A DNA stretch of 64,000 nucleotides, taken from NCBI GenBank assembly GCA_015680685.1, contig MNCI01002388.1, positions 159,365-223,364 of the forward strand. The letters are read 5' to 3'. The DNA is from Gnetum montanum (Eukaryota; Plantae; Gnetophyta). Below, one piece after another: positions 46,401 to 59,468 of this stretch (positions are counted from its first letter, which is position 1; each line of letters begins with the position of its first letter). The notes beneath the pieces were generated by a model that made no database searches, had not been told where the DNA came from, and worked only from the letters and a program-made list of their open reading frames with translations. A program made the translations under genes and the position numbers.

Positions 46401-47386
46401 TGATGAGAGTGGTTACTCTAGTAGTTATTCTAAGTATTAGAGTGGTTACTCTAGCGGTTACTCTAGCAGTTATTCTAATTATTAGAGTGGTTACTTTAAC
46501 GGTTACTCTAGTAGTTATTCTAATTATTAGAGTAAATTACTCTAGCGGTTACTTTAGCAGTTATTCTAATTATTAGAGCGGTTACTCTAATTATTAAAGT
46601 AGTTGCTCAAAAGCCTATAAATACAATGCCCAGGCGCACAATTGAGAAGGAAGTCTCTTAGCAGTCAAGTAGCGAAACTCTTATTGTCTGTTTGAAAGTT
46701 AGAGTATTTTCCAAGTGCCCACAGCAAGAGGTCAAAGTGTGGATGGATCTTTATTTGAGCATTGTGTACCTAAGCACACTTTGTGTATGACAATAAAGAC
46801 GAGCTCTTTGATTCATCCTTACAGCACTTGAGATTTGTTTTCTTACACATTTATTTTATTTTATTTTCTTATGCATTTATTTTATTTTATTTTATCTTAT
46901 GCACTTTACATTTCTGTTATTAGCACAACAATTCATTTTGATTAATTAACCAAATCGTTAAATTACACAAGCACGACCACTTCGAGCATGTGTGTAACAT
47001 TTGGTAACTCAGTAACGATTAGCGTTTAATAATCCCAACAGTGTTGCACTGGTTCAGGATGTGTACAACAAGTAGGAACAGATGCTGGTGTTAGGATTAG
47101 TTAGAACTTAGTTAATGAGTAGTTAAGTTCAATTATTCACTTAGCTACCTCTCTCCTTCCCTACTAGTGTAGGACATAAAAACATAAAAGCTATAAAAAT
47201 CATATGCTTCAAGCTTACTTAACCATACAATCGTGACATATAGGTAAGCTTGGGAATACAATGATCAACCAGCTCGTCCTTGTTCCACAAGGGAGCATAA
47301 GCACTTAGTCCTTGGAATTCGACCGAATCGTGCATGAAACACTCGTATTCGTAAGGTTGAGCATAGGGGTACTTCGCTGCTCATCA
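46401..47386 (+). mobile_element. Solo LTR, Athila-like family (TTACTCTA-repeat U3 subtype)
   Basis: TGATGAG...CTCATCA with perfect TSD CATAT (46396-46400/47387-47391). R-U5 is homologous to 13440-14179. Confidence 0.92.
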
Positions 47387-47849
47387 CATATCTATCATGA
47401 ATATCAATAGTGTTTCTTCATCTAATGATAATATTTTCTTTAATACTTTACTAATACCTTCAATCAATATATCTTTGAAAATTTGGTCCTATTTTAGTAT
47501 TTGAAGTTACTCCTACTTTAGGTTTCAAGATTATGTAAATTCCTTAATCTCTAAATGATTTATTCAAAACTACTAAATTCATGATATATGAAAAAGCTTT
47601 TCGAATCCATTAAAGAAAGATTCTTTTGAACTCATTATAGCAAGATTCTTTTAATATAGAAGCTTTCAAAGAACAATACTATGATATATTATTTATAAAT
47701 GTTATGTTTTTTTCTTCTTTTACATAGAGGCTCAATGCTTATATTGCTAAGGTGGGGTTCTAGGAGTGTCACTGAATAAGCATAAGTCTATCTTCTTTTA
47801 GTGGTTATGGTTGGGTTTATAAAGATTATATTTGATTTACCTAAATTTA

Positions 47850-49190
47850 CAAATCTCTCTATCTACAAACTAGAGAAAAAACATCGTTTTTCCCATCTAC
47901 AAGAACAAAAGAGATATGAAAAATTGGAGAATCTATAAAGGAATTAAGCTTATGAGTCAAACAAGGAAGTGTTAGGAGAGAGTTATAAAGCAATGTCTCA
48001 TACTAAAGTCAAAAACATAAAAAAAAACTAATTTAGAGTCATGCCAAGGAAATTTACTATAGATTATATTTTCTTGGTATGACAATTAATAAAGAAATTT
48101 CATAAACATGGAGAAAATCTACATATGATCTGCATTGAATTGGAAAAAACATATGTTATAATGTCAAATGATGTTATTGGTAGATAGTGTGAAGGAAAAA
48201 AATCCATGATAAATATATTTAAATGATTCAAGATATGCATGAAGGATTTACTATTGAAATTAGAATATCTTATGGAATCACATTTGATTTTCCAGTCACA
48301 ACATTTCTACATCTAACTTTGGCACTTGGTACTTATTTGATATTCTTATGAATGAATTAACTAACAAAACAAATAAAACCTCTTGGTATATGTTGTTTTT
48401 AAATGGCATTGTGTTGGTAGATACATCTTGAGCAAATATTGCTCTTAAAATAAAAAAATGAAGATAGATCCTAGAATTAAAAGCCTTACATTACTAAAAG
48501 TAAAATAGAATATATAGAATGTGATTTTAGTAAAAATATAAATAGTGATGAAATAGAAGTAACAATTAAAGGCCAAAAAGCATCTTATCATAAATAATTT
48601 TACCACTTAGGATCAATGCTCCAATTAATTGTTGAAATTGATAAGTATGTAAGAAATACGATTAAGATAAAATGACCAAAATAGAAATAAACAAAGAATG
48701 TTTTATGTGAGAAAGGATCCTAATAAAACTAAGGATAAATTTTTATAAAATGAAAATAATTAGATCTATAATTTTATATGGTGCTAAATGTTGAGCTATA
48801 AAAAAACAACATAAACAAAAAATCAAGGTAGTAAATATGTGAATGCTTAGATGGATATTGAATATTACAAAAAGAGATAAACTACAACATACAAACATTA
48901 GAGGATAACTTGTAATGGCTTCTATGCCATATAATCTACAAGAATGATATTTTAGATGGTTTTTGTCATGTTTAAAAAAGCTTATATAATGAGCCTTTTA
49001 GAAATGATTCCCACATCATAGATCCAAGAAATTTATTAAAAGTAAGACACAAAAATGAAAAAAGAAGATCAAAGGTTATATAAAAAAATTGTAGATAGAT
49101 AAAGATTCAGCTCTTAATAGAGGCAAATGATAAAAAAGAACATGTATAGCTAACCTTATTTTGTTAGGACAAGACTAAGATAATGATGAT
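47850..49190 (+). mobile_element. Degenerate RTE-clade LINE (RT and 3' end)
   Basis: GIKLMS (about 47940), IELEKTY (about 48135), LYGAKC (about 48775). 3' end gctaacc...ggacaagact...gatgat. Confidence 0.75.
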
Positions 49191-50274
49191 TAATGAGTTA
49201 TTTAGTTATTGCTAATAAAGGTAATATTATGACATGGTTTGAAGAAGTATATTTACTTTGCAATAAAGTATGATCATTTATCTTTGAAGTATATACTTAG
49301 CACAATTTTAAAAATATAAATCTAGTAGCTATCTCTTTATAAAATGCAATAATGCTCAAAGGTGTGTTTTCTAATAATTTTCAACTCTTCAAGTCTATTT
49401 AACAAGGTTTTTTTTTTTTTTTTTTTTACTTGGTTCAAATGTTTGAAGGTAGCATTTAAAAAGGAATTGATAATCTAGATGTGGATTAACATTTAATAGT
49501 TAAATAGTTTGCAAATGGTACATTTATTCTTATAAAAATGATAGGGAAAATTGTTAGAACTAAAAGAAGATGATGATTTATGCCCCTAGGACATATAGTC
49601 AATATGAATCATGTGTAGAGCTTTGTAACTCAATGCTACCCATAACCTTGAATTTCTAAGTTAAGAGTTTTACTGCTAGGCTAACACATCATTGTTAAGA
49701 ATATTAGAGATAATTTATGTTTCACTGTATAATGCATTAGTATATATTTTCAAGCTTCTATTTTAACAATTGGATGATTCTTTATGTCATTCATTTTAAT
49801 AATCCACTTCCATAATAATGACCAACTCTATGATTAAAATTAACTGATCAAGATAAAATGTTCAAGATTTGAATATTTCTTTTGCTTTTCTAAGTTAAAT
49901 CTTCTACACCTATAGGTATTGGATAGGTGGTTAGGGTACTCATCTCTTGGTTAGGAGGTTGTGGGTTTGATTCTTGTCCTTGCTTACAAAAGTGGCAAAA
50001 ATGGAGTAGCTTTATGGTGGGATCTTTTTATTTAGTAGGTCATATCTATCTTCTTGTGTGTATAAAGAGCTAAAATATAGAAAGAAAAGATTTAAAGCAC
50101 TTAGCTTAGTAAAGCACTTTATTACTATTACTTATATTATGACTATAATATACATTTATTACTCTTTTATTCTTGTACTTACAAATATTATTATAAAAGA
50201 AAGTAGAAAATTTTCTAGATTTGTATTTTGAAGATTTTATATCCCTTCATGAAGCCTAAAAATATCATCAAACA

Positions 50275-50452
50275 TTAAAAAAAAAAAGAAACCCCACCTA
50301 GAGGCGCAATACTGATCTTTCCAAGGTAGGGTCATGAGAAGCTAATAGATGAGGAAAAGCCTAACCTCTTTTGAGTGGTTGCAATTAAGTTCAAACCCAG
50401 GTCTTAAGACTTGAGAATCAAACACCTCACCATTACTCCAAGTGGTGGTCCC
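50275..50452 (-). mobile_element. Au-like tRNA-derived SINE with poly(T) tail (second copy at about 45945-46082)
   Basis: Minus strand: TTGGAGTAATGGT A-box, GGGTTTGAAC B-box, ...GACCCTACC..., ending in a T-run like Au SINEs. Confidence 0.5.
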
Positions 50453-51154
50453 ATTTAGATATTTAATGTATTAACAAAAAAGCTCTAAGATTTTTTAGAC
50501 CTTGAGAGGCCTCTCATGAATAATCCTTAACCTCAGCTTTTAAAGAATTAACCCTCAAGTGAGGCACTTATTCCAGTCTACCTAAAACTAGATCACGATG
50601 GAACATAAAGAGTGTTAAAAGTAAGAAATAATGCAAGAGGAATAATTATTATTAAATTATAAAAAATAAAAATGGTTATTAAATTTTAGAAAAGTGGGTA
50701 CAAAAACCTAAGGAGTGAAGGTTCTATTATGTCCTTTATTTAATCACAACTTATATAAGTAGCATAGATGATGAATCCTCTCATGATTCCCTTTTTTCTA
50801 AATATATAAAGTAGAGATATATTTGTGGAGATGGAAGACTTTCTTGTTTTAATCTTTTGTTTTTGAACAAATTAAGAGCTATATAAAACTTTCATAGAAA
50901 CTTTCATACTAGATGTACCCCTTAGACATGTATACATTGCTAATATAAAATATTTATAAAACTTAAGTAGAACATTATAACTTGATGCTATTTATTGGAA
51001 TTCAACCTGTAACTTGGAGTTTCCACATTAAGAGTTTAGCCACTAGGCTAACATTTTATTATTTTGAAAATTTAAGTTTATTCTTTTTTTCCCCTTGAAG
51101 TTTGGTAGTTCTTTAATGGAATCTTGATTGTTTCCATAGTTGAAGTAAAGTTAG

Positions 51155-51779
51155 AAACTTTTGAATGCATGCAAATCAAGAAACTATTATTTTTGACTTA
51201 AGAAGAATATTATTTTCACTTATGGAATAATTGACGTGTCATCGATGTGATTCCTTAAACATGCTATTTGTAGTAGTATATGCCAACATGATGTCTTCAA
51301 TATGATATGATGAACTTTTGAATGCATGAAAATCAAGAAACTACTATTTTTGACTTATAAGAATATTGTTTTGACTTTTAGCATAATTAACGTGTCATCG
51401 ACATGATTCCTTCAACATGTTGTTTGTAGTAGTATATGCAAACGTGATGTTTTCAATATGATATGATAAACTTTTGAATGCATGAAAATTAAGAAGCTAC
51501 TACTTTTGGCTTACAACAATATTGTTTTGACTTTTAGCATAATTGACATCTCATCAATGAGATTCCTTCAACATGCTTTGTAGTAGTCTATGCCAATGTG
51601 ATGTCTTCAATGTGATATGATGAACTTTTGAATACATGAAATCAAGAAACTACTAATTTTGGCTTGCAAGAATATTATTTTTTTGACGTGTAGCATAATC
51701 GATGTATGATTGATATGATTCCTTTAGTGTGTTGTTTATAGTAGTATATGCCAATGTGATATCTTCAATATGATATGAT
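51155..51779. repeat. Tandem array, 4 x about 155-bp units
   Basis: AACTTTTGAATGCATG unit starts recur at about 51156, 51313, 51469 and 51623. Confidence 0.9.
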
Positions 51780-52009
51780 TAGCTTAGTTATGCGAGTATA
51801 ATTATGCTAGCGTGCTAATTGTGAGGTTACACTAGCGTGTTTGCATTCAAATGATCATGGGGTGGGAGGAAGGTGTGTTAAAACTTTGAAATAATTATGA
51901 TATAGATACACTCCATGATATATAGTCCAAATAGAAATTTATAATTTAACATTTCCTTTAAAATCAAACTTATGACTTGAAGCTTTGAAATCAAGACTCT
52001 TACCACTAG

Positions 52010-52998
52010 TGATGAGTGGCAAGGTACCCCTACGCTCAACCATACGAATACAAGCGTTTCATGCATGATCCAGTCAAATTCCAAGGACTAAGTGCTTACG
52101 CGCCCTAATGAAACACTCAAGGTTAATCAATCGTTGTCTTCCCAAACTTACTTGTATTGTCACGGTTGCATGGTTAAGTAAGCTTGAGGCATATGATTTT
52201 TATAACTTTTATGTTTTTATGTCCTGCTGCTAATAAGGGAGGAGAAAGAGAGATAATAACTAAGTGACTAATTTAACTTAACTACTGATTAACTAGGCTT
52301 TAACTAATCCTAACACTAGTATCCGTTCTCACTTTCCGTACACATCCTAAACCAACACAACACTATTGGGATTAGCAAACGCTAATCGTTACTAGGTTAC
52401 CAAGTGTTACACGCATGCTCAAAGTGATCGTACTGTGTGTGCTAATAATAGAAATGTAAAGTGCATAAAATAAAATAAAATAAATGTAGAAGAAAATAAA
52501 ATAAAGGAAATGAGTAAGAAAACAAACCTCAAGTGCTGCAAGGATGAATCCAAGAGCTCATCTTTATTGTCGTACACAAGGTGTGCTCAGGTACACAATG
52601 CTCAAGTAAAGATCCGTCCACACTTAGACCTCCTGCTGCGGGCACTTGGTTAGAGTTTCGCTACTTAACTCCTAAAAGACTTCCTCTTCTGAATTCTTCT
52701 TCTTCTTCTTCTTGACTTCTCCCTATTGTGTGCCTCGGCATTGTATTTATAGGCTTGGGAGCAACTACTCTAATAATTACAAAAACTACCCCTCTAATTT
52801 TAGAGAGAAATTGCCACTCTAATTTTAGAGAAACTGCCCCTCTAATTTTAGAGAGAAACTACCCCTCTAATTTTAACTTTGCTCTAATAATAGCCACTCT
52901 AATAATTAGAGTAACTACCTTAATAATAACCACTCTAATTATTAGAGTAACCACCCTAATAGTTACCACTCTAATTATTAGAGTAACCGCTCTCATCA
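52010..52998 (-). mobile_element. Solo LTR, Athila-like family (TTACTCTA-repeat U3 subtype), inserted in a family-1 SINE
   Basis: Perfect TSD ACTAG (52005-52009/52999-53003). Reverse-complement homologue of 46401-47386. The SINE sequence (...cttaccactag|gctagtacctcatt) is continuous across it. Confidence 0.92.
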
Positions 52999-53046
52999 AC
53001 TAGGCTAGTACCTCATTAATACATTCATATGTCAAACAAATGGTGG

Positions 53047-56000
53047 GGGCTTGGAGAAAAGGAAGTTTCTTGATAGCAAAAGGAGTTTCGAGATGGCTGG
53101 AGAAAGTAGAGAGAAAGAGTAAGTGTTTTTAGGGCTTCTTTTAGGTTTTACAATGGAAAATTAACCCAATGCTTTCACTCCTTCTCATAATGAAGGTGCT
53201 TCAATTCTTCTTATTGTTGATTTTTGCCTTTGAAATGATGTTTTTGATGTTGTTTCAATAGATTTCATTGTCCATTTCATTTTTCTTCAAATTGTTGGTT
53301 TTTTACCTTATTCAATAAATATGGTTATGCAAGTTAAAAATACTCTTTAGTCCTAGGAAATCTAAGTTTCTCATGCTTGTTATTATGTCTATAACTTTAT
53401 TCTTATAGAACTCTTTGATGCCTCCTAGGTTAAGAAGGCTCTTTCCATTTAGATTTTTTCTAACACGTAATGCAACTCTTATTGCATGAGCTTGGAAATT
53501 TGATTTTAATGTTAACGATTTCTCTTATAACATTATTCTCTTCTTTCTTCAGCTGTTGAATCTTCTCTTAATATTTTCTATTGTGGAGAGGAACATAGTG
53601 TGTACTCTATGTTACATTATTTTAGATCATGGAATTGAGGTTAATGATAGTCATTTCCATCACTATTATATTGAACTTGATATCTCATAAAGAAAGAACT
53701 TCTTAACCCTTGCAACAAGTGGTAAAGTCTTCAGTGAAAAAATAGATTATTTTTATCTTTTGAAATCTTGTAGCTATTTTCATTAGGTTGAGCATTATAT
53801 TTTTGCATGTCCCTTATTGGCCAAGAAAAAACAATTAGCTAAGCTTCAAAAATGATGTTCATTATCTGTTCCAAAGTTCTAACCATCATTAGAAAATTTC
53901 AATATTAGAACCTCTTTTGGAAATGTCTCTAAACCTTCATTCTCTTTCAGTCCTTCCAAGTAGTTACAAGTACCATAGTTTGCTTCAATAATCAATGTAG
54001 CTTTTCAAACACAAGGTACCTCTTCAAAATCATTTAAGGACTTAGTTAAAAATGATGACTTTGTAGAAGTTGATAGGAGAAAAAGGGTTAAATCATTATC
54101 ACCTAAAGTTCAACAATCTACTTTCTCCTCAATGATTAATTCTTCTTCACTGGTTACTACAAGCAACTCTTTTTCTATTTTCTCAAATGCTATGGAAGTG
54201 GATCCTTCAAATTTATAATTTTTTTGAGGATCTTTCAGAAGACACTTCCTTTGCTTGTCCATGAATATCTTATCTTAGAATGTCTAAGGCCTAACTAATT
54301 ATCTTCAACATAAATATGCAAGAAAATTCTCTCTAGTTTAAATATTTCCTTTATTCTATTTTTTAGGAAATTCAAATTTTAGTAAAACATTTACCTTTTT
54401 TAGCTCATTGTTTTCTTCCTTACTCATTAGTTATTGCTACTTCACATGAGTATGGAAAAGGTGGTGCTACCATTCTCTTTTTTTCTTATTTGAAACATAA
54501 ACTTATATAGAGTGGTTTTGATTTAGGTTACAAAGTTATTTAGGCAGTCTTCTCTTCCTCAAATGGTTCTTTTGGTATATGTTCAGTTTATGCTCCTAAT
54601 GTTTTTACAAAACGTCCTCTATTATAGCAGGAACTTACAGTTTCTCTTCTCTTTGTTTATTGGGTTTTTTGAGGTAATTTTAACATGACAAAATTTTTTG
54701 ATGATAAGTTGGGGAGGAGGGTGTTCCCTTTCTATGATCAACAAATGATGCTTCTATAAGTGATCTTTTTTATAGATATACTTGAAGTAATCTTCATCTT
54801 AGGCAAACTCTCATTTATAACGAGTTGGACAGGTTTTACATTTCTACTATTTCATTCTAGCAAGATACTTCTACTATTATTGTTCATCAACATGCAACTC
54901 TGTCAGATCATTTCCCCATCACCATGTCAATTCAAATTAATGGTAGTTACCTAAACATAATTTCCATCTTTTCCAAATACATAGTTATTTCTCATCTCCT
55001 ACTACTAAACAAATTCTCTCAAGCCTTTGGAATGTTGAACCAAGGCGCTTAAGTTAAAGTGGTTTGGATTCAATGGGGGGCATCATGCTACTTGTAAAGT
55101 GCCAAATTTTGCTTGATATTATGGTAAGGAAGTGACCTATCATGCTAGATAAGAGTACAACAACATTCAATCTATTATTGAATGACTTTCAGATCAATTG
55201 ATTCAAGATCCTTTTAACTCATAGGTTCATGAGGATTTAGCTAGAGCCCAATCAACTTTTCAACATTGGGATGTTTATAGGGCACAAAATTCCTTAACCA
55301 AAAGTAGGCTTACTTGGTTAAAAATTCAAGATGGACACTGTAAGAAATTTTTCAAATACCTAAATGGTTCATCTCCTTTGCATTCTTTAGACAAAATTTT
55401 AATTGATGGTATCATCATTACTGACCATAACATACTCCTTGCCTACCTTAGAAATAGTTTTAAAGATTTATTTACCACTACCCCTATGGATATTTCTTCC
55501 TTTAAGGCATCTACTATTAATTATCCTATTCTTGTTAAGTCTACTATGTTGCAAATTTTGGAAGTTGATATTACTCATTCTAAAATTCAAGAGGCCTATT
55601 TAAAAATCAGCATTAGTAAGGCTCTAAGTTATGATGGCTTTTTGGTTAACTTCTTAAGGAATCATTAGAATCTTATTAGCAATGATCTCTTCTTGGTTAT
55701 TAGTGAGGCTATCCATGCTAGTTCTTTTGGGTCAAAATTAACTTAGAGAATAATTTAACTTCTACCAAAGTTTAGGGATCTTACTCATATCTCCAATTGA
55801 TGACCCATTAACCTATGAATAGAGAAGGGAGAAGTGATACCAAACATAGTAGCTATTCTAGCAGTAGCATCTAAGAATAAACATATTATCATATGTAGAA
55901 ACTTGAGGTGGAAACCAAGTTTAGTCATGCTCTACAAAATTAAGTCCCACTTAACGTTGTCATATGCCTTTGCATAATCAAGCTTCATAAAGAAAATATC

Positions 56001-58193
56001 GTAATCTTTATCCTCTTGCTCCTTACCTATTCGTTATTGTACCAAACTTTCTTTGCCATCACTTAAATTATGATATTTAGAATAAGGCTATCACTAGAGT
56101 TCTTCTTTATGCTCTTCAACATTAGCTTCTAAATATGCATTTCTCCGCTAACTTTTTTTTCCTTATTCAAAATACACTTACTAATCTACATTGCCTCTTG
56201 TTTTAGGTGGATCAATATTGCTCTCTTTCTAGCTTTGCTATTAATTGGACTAAATCCTCTATGTATAGTTTCAAAAATAATTACTATGATTTTCCTGACA
56301 AAAATTGGAAGCTAATCCAAGTTCAAGATATCATTAAGATTTTGAAAATTTCCTTTTATGTTAAAAGATCTACTTTAGCTCTCTAGGATCAAGTGGTATT
56401 TTGAATTCAGAAGAAAATTGATCAGTGGAAGATAAAAGCTCTTACATTTGTAGGCAAGTATCTAGTTTGGAAATCTATTTGTGCCTCTACTGATGTGTAT
56501 TATTCTTCATGTTGGACTTCCTCTCAGGCTACTTATTGGAAGTTGGAATGGTTATTTATAGATTTCATGGAGTCTTCTAAAGATTCCTAAAAAGCTTTTC
56601 AGTAGGTGGCTTAGAATATTGTTACTCTCCTTAAGAAAAAGGGTGGTTTAGGTCTTTTAAATTCTTTCAAACAAGGGCTTACTTTAGTGGCAAAGTAGTT
56701 GTTTCAGCATTTGGATGGTTCTAACATTATTGGAACTCTCCTTCAACTAAGGCTACAACAAGCATTTCTCAAGAAAAGAAAAAGCCATTTTGGAAAGGTA
56801 TCTACTTTATTCATTAGATTCTCTCTCCTCATATGATTATCATTCTTGAATCTCATGCATTTTAAAATCGTTTGGAGGACTTGGCCAAGTATTACACAGT
56901 TATATAGATTGGACTAATGTCAAGATTAATCCCACTCTTCTTTCTAAGCTTTGTCCATGGTAGTTAACTCTTTCACATGCTCCTCTTGATACTATGAATT
57001 CTTCGATGGATGCTTGTTGGTTTTAGAAGGAAGCAATTTCTCTTAGATATCTACATCTTGCTAACTAGATTTCTTAGGAAATGTTTGATAATTTGGATGG
57101 GGTATCTATAGCCATGCATCATTGTTTTGATCAAATTTATAATTTTATTTGCCATAATTTACAATTGGATGCTTTGATGCAAAGTATTTCTCATGGCCTT
57201 TGTTAGACTAATGGATTGAAACTTTTGCCTTATAAGCTACATGTTCTAGTTTAACTTTTGTACAACCCCTTAGTTGTTGTCAATCACTGCAATAGGTTTT
57301 GGATGCTTATCTTTAAGCAAATATGGAAGCTTCCAGCTCTACCTCAAATTTAATAGTTTCTTTTTTGTCTTCTTCATTAGGGTTTACCTATTGGCAAATG
57401 TCATGAATATCTTGGGACTCACTCCTATTTGTCCTCTATGTGGAGCTATAGATAGTTTTGTTCATGTGTTTTGGTAATGTCCTTTTGCTCAACACACTTG
57501 GATCTAGGCATGCAAAGTTATTCCAAATTATTAGTTATCTAAAGATGATGATTTTTTTGGCTTTTTGCCTTTTATTTCCATGAATTTCAAATTTTTTTTG
57601 AATGTTATTAGGTCTATGATTCTCTTTCATATTTGGAAGTGTAGATGCAATATCATTTTTTAGAAAACAAAATATATTTAAATATTTAACATATGACTAT
57701 TGTAGAGAAATCATAGATCTTCCACCTTGTCCATTTCCAAATTATATCCTAAGCTCCAAAAGTTCAGATCGAGATTAATCAGTTGATTCATCTTTTGCAG
57801 CCTTGGTTCATATTTATGAATGATAGAGACTCTAGTGTAAGTAACCTTATTTAGCAGAACTCTCTATAAGGGAGCTCTTCTTTTTAATTTCGATTGTCAT
57901 CTACTTTACTTGATTCTTTATTCATTCTACTTATACTACTGATTACAATTGATCTTTGGTGAGTAATGAATTTCTAAAAGGAGGCTTTTTTCTTTTGTCA
58001 TTGGCTTGATTATATGGTTGAATTCCTAAGTATCCCCAAATCTATCGAGTCTTGCATTTCGTGTTATTTCTATTTGTTCTATCAAATGCTAGTTGTGTAT
58101 TTTTTACCTTTTCTATCTAGTTTGTCAAATGCTACATGTGTATTTGATGCTCTATTTTGATTAATAAAACTTTTTTTCAGGTTTGATGCCCCC
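53047..58193 (+). mobile_element. Near full-length degenerate L1-clade LINE (ORF1 with Zn knuckle; ORF2 endonuclease-RT-zf) with an internal inversion
   Basis: MNILS(W)NV at 54261, GNFN at about 54673, N(W)(R)PI at about 55795-55810, KKKGGLG at about 56635, CPLC...HVF(W)xCP at about 57430-57483, AATAAA at about 58163. 19-bp flanking direct repeat TATGTCAAACAAATGGTGG (53028-53046)/TATATCAAACAAATGATGG (58194-58212). Confidence 0.82.
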
Positions 58194-59197
58194 TATATCA
58201 AACAAATGATGGTATTTTAAATAGATGTCTTTAAGCATTTTTAAATTAAAAAAAAATCTATGACATTTAAAAAGTCTTAACCTTAGAACGTTAAGTTAAT
58301 TTTTGAAGTCAAACTCCTTCCTATTCCAATACATAAACGACTCTATCCAAAGTCCATGCATTTGGATATTTCCTCTTCCTTTCATATTAAAAAAATTACA
58401 CTTCAATTTTAGGGTGCTGCCCACAAGCATAACAATTAATAATAAGGTCGGATAAGCATAACAATTATAAGTTACGACCAACGGCAGCACTATTTACAAA
58501 CATCATGTTAGCAACCTTATATTATTATTATCATCATTCTTGGATATCTTAATATTTACTTCATGGAAGATCCGAAAGCTTCAAAGGTCTAAAAAACGTG
58601 GGATGGGAAATCGAGTATGCTTGCTTTACTTTGTTGCGTAACCATGACTGTGAGGACAGCATACCCATTTAACGCACGTCTCATTTGACTTCTACCAAAT
58701 CTTACAAAATACTGCATGGCTAGACTATTCAGCATGATCAAGTAAAATATCTTAAAATGTTTATTTTTCAACTATTCCGTACAATGATTATGTTTCATAA
58801 CAGTGACAGTATTGAAGATTTTGGAGAGAAAATCCAATAGTTGCTCACGTCATTGTTGCTGCCTTTCTTTTTTATTAGCGTTTATCTTGCATAGAAAACA
58901 GCCGGCTCTAACATGGCATGCATTTCTATGTCAATCAGTTTTAGGAGATCAATGCAGATTTTGTTTGCAAGATAGCATGGCCATTATACTTTTTCAAATA
59001 ATCTTCTACAATGATACATTTTTAATAAGTTAATGAACATACAACTTGTCAAATCTATATGACAAAGACAGCGTTTCAAAGTCCTCAGCCACCACTCTAA
59101 TTTGTTATCATTTCCTATTTAAAGTCTTGTAGTCAGACTGTCGGTGAAAATTTCGGCAGAATTTTTAAACCAGAATGCCCTGCTAAGTGGTTCTCCT

Positions 59198-59359
59198 GGT
59201 TTACTAATTTTCAGTAAAACCCAAGCTAAATTTAAAATTTCACATTTTAAAGGTTTACTAATTTTCAGTAAAACCCAAGCTAAATTTAAAATTTCACATT
59301 TTAAAGGTTTACTAATTTTCAGTAAAACCCAAGCTAAATTTAAAATTTCACATTTTAAA
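59198..59359. repeat. Perfect tandem repeat 3 x 54 bp, ending in a 24-bp palindrome (59345-59368)
   Basis: GGTTTACTAATTTTCAGTAAAACCCAAGCTAAATTTAAAATTTCACATTTTAAA starts at 59198, 59252 and 59306. Confidence 0.95.
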
Positions 59360-59370
59360 ATGTGAAATAT

Positions 59371-59374
59371 AAAA
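59371..59374 (-). terminator. Pol III T-run terminator of tRNA-Thr
   Basis: TTTT on the minus strand about 20 nt downstream of the discriminator base. Confidence 0.55.
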
Positions 59375-59394
59375 TAGCATTGGAAGACAATACA

Positions 59395-59468
59395 TGCTTT
59401 CAATGAGACTTGAACTCATGACCTCCCGCTTACTAAACGGGTGCTCTAACCAACTGAGCTATGAAAGC
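59395..59468 (-). tRNA. tRNA-Thr(AGT): tRNA-Thr (anticodon AGU), intronless, 74 nt
   Basis: GCTTTCA-TA-GCTC AGTTGGTTA GAGC-A-CCCGT TTAGTAA GCGGG-AGGTC-ATGAG TTCAAGT CTCAT-TGAAAGC-A. All four stems pair and the A and B boxes are intact. Confidence 0.96.

Noticed and set aside
52728-53003. 91-aa hydrophobic repetitive ORF
   Set aside because: Translation of the LTR U3 repeat array.
59119-59403. Repetitive ORFs on both strands (94 and 73 aa)
   Set aside because: By-product of a 54-bp (multiple of 3) tandem repeat; one overlaps the tRNA end.
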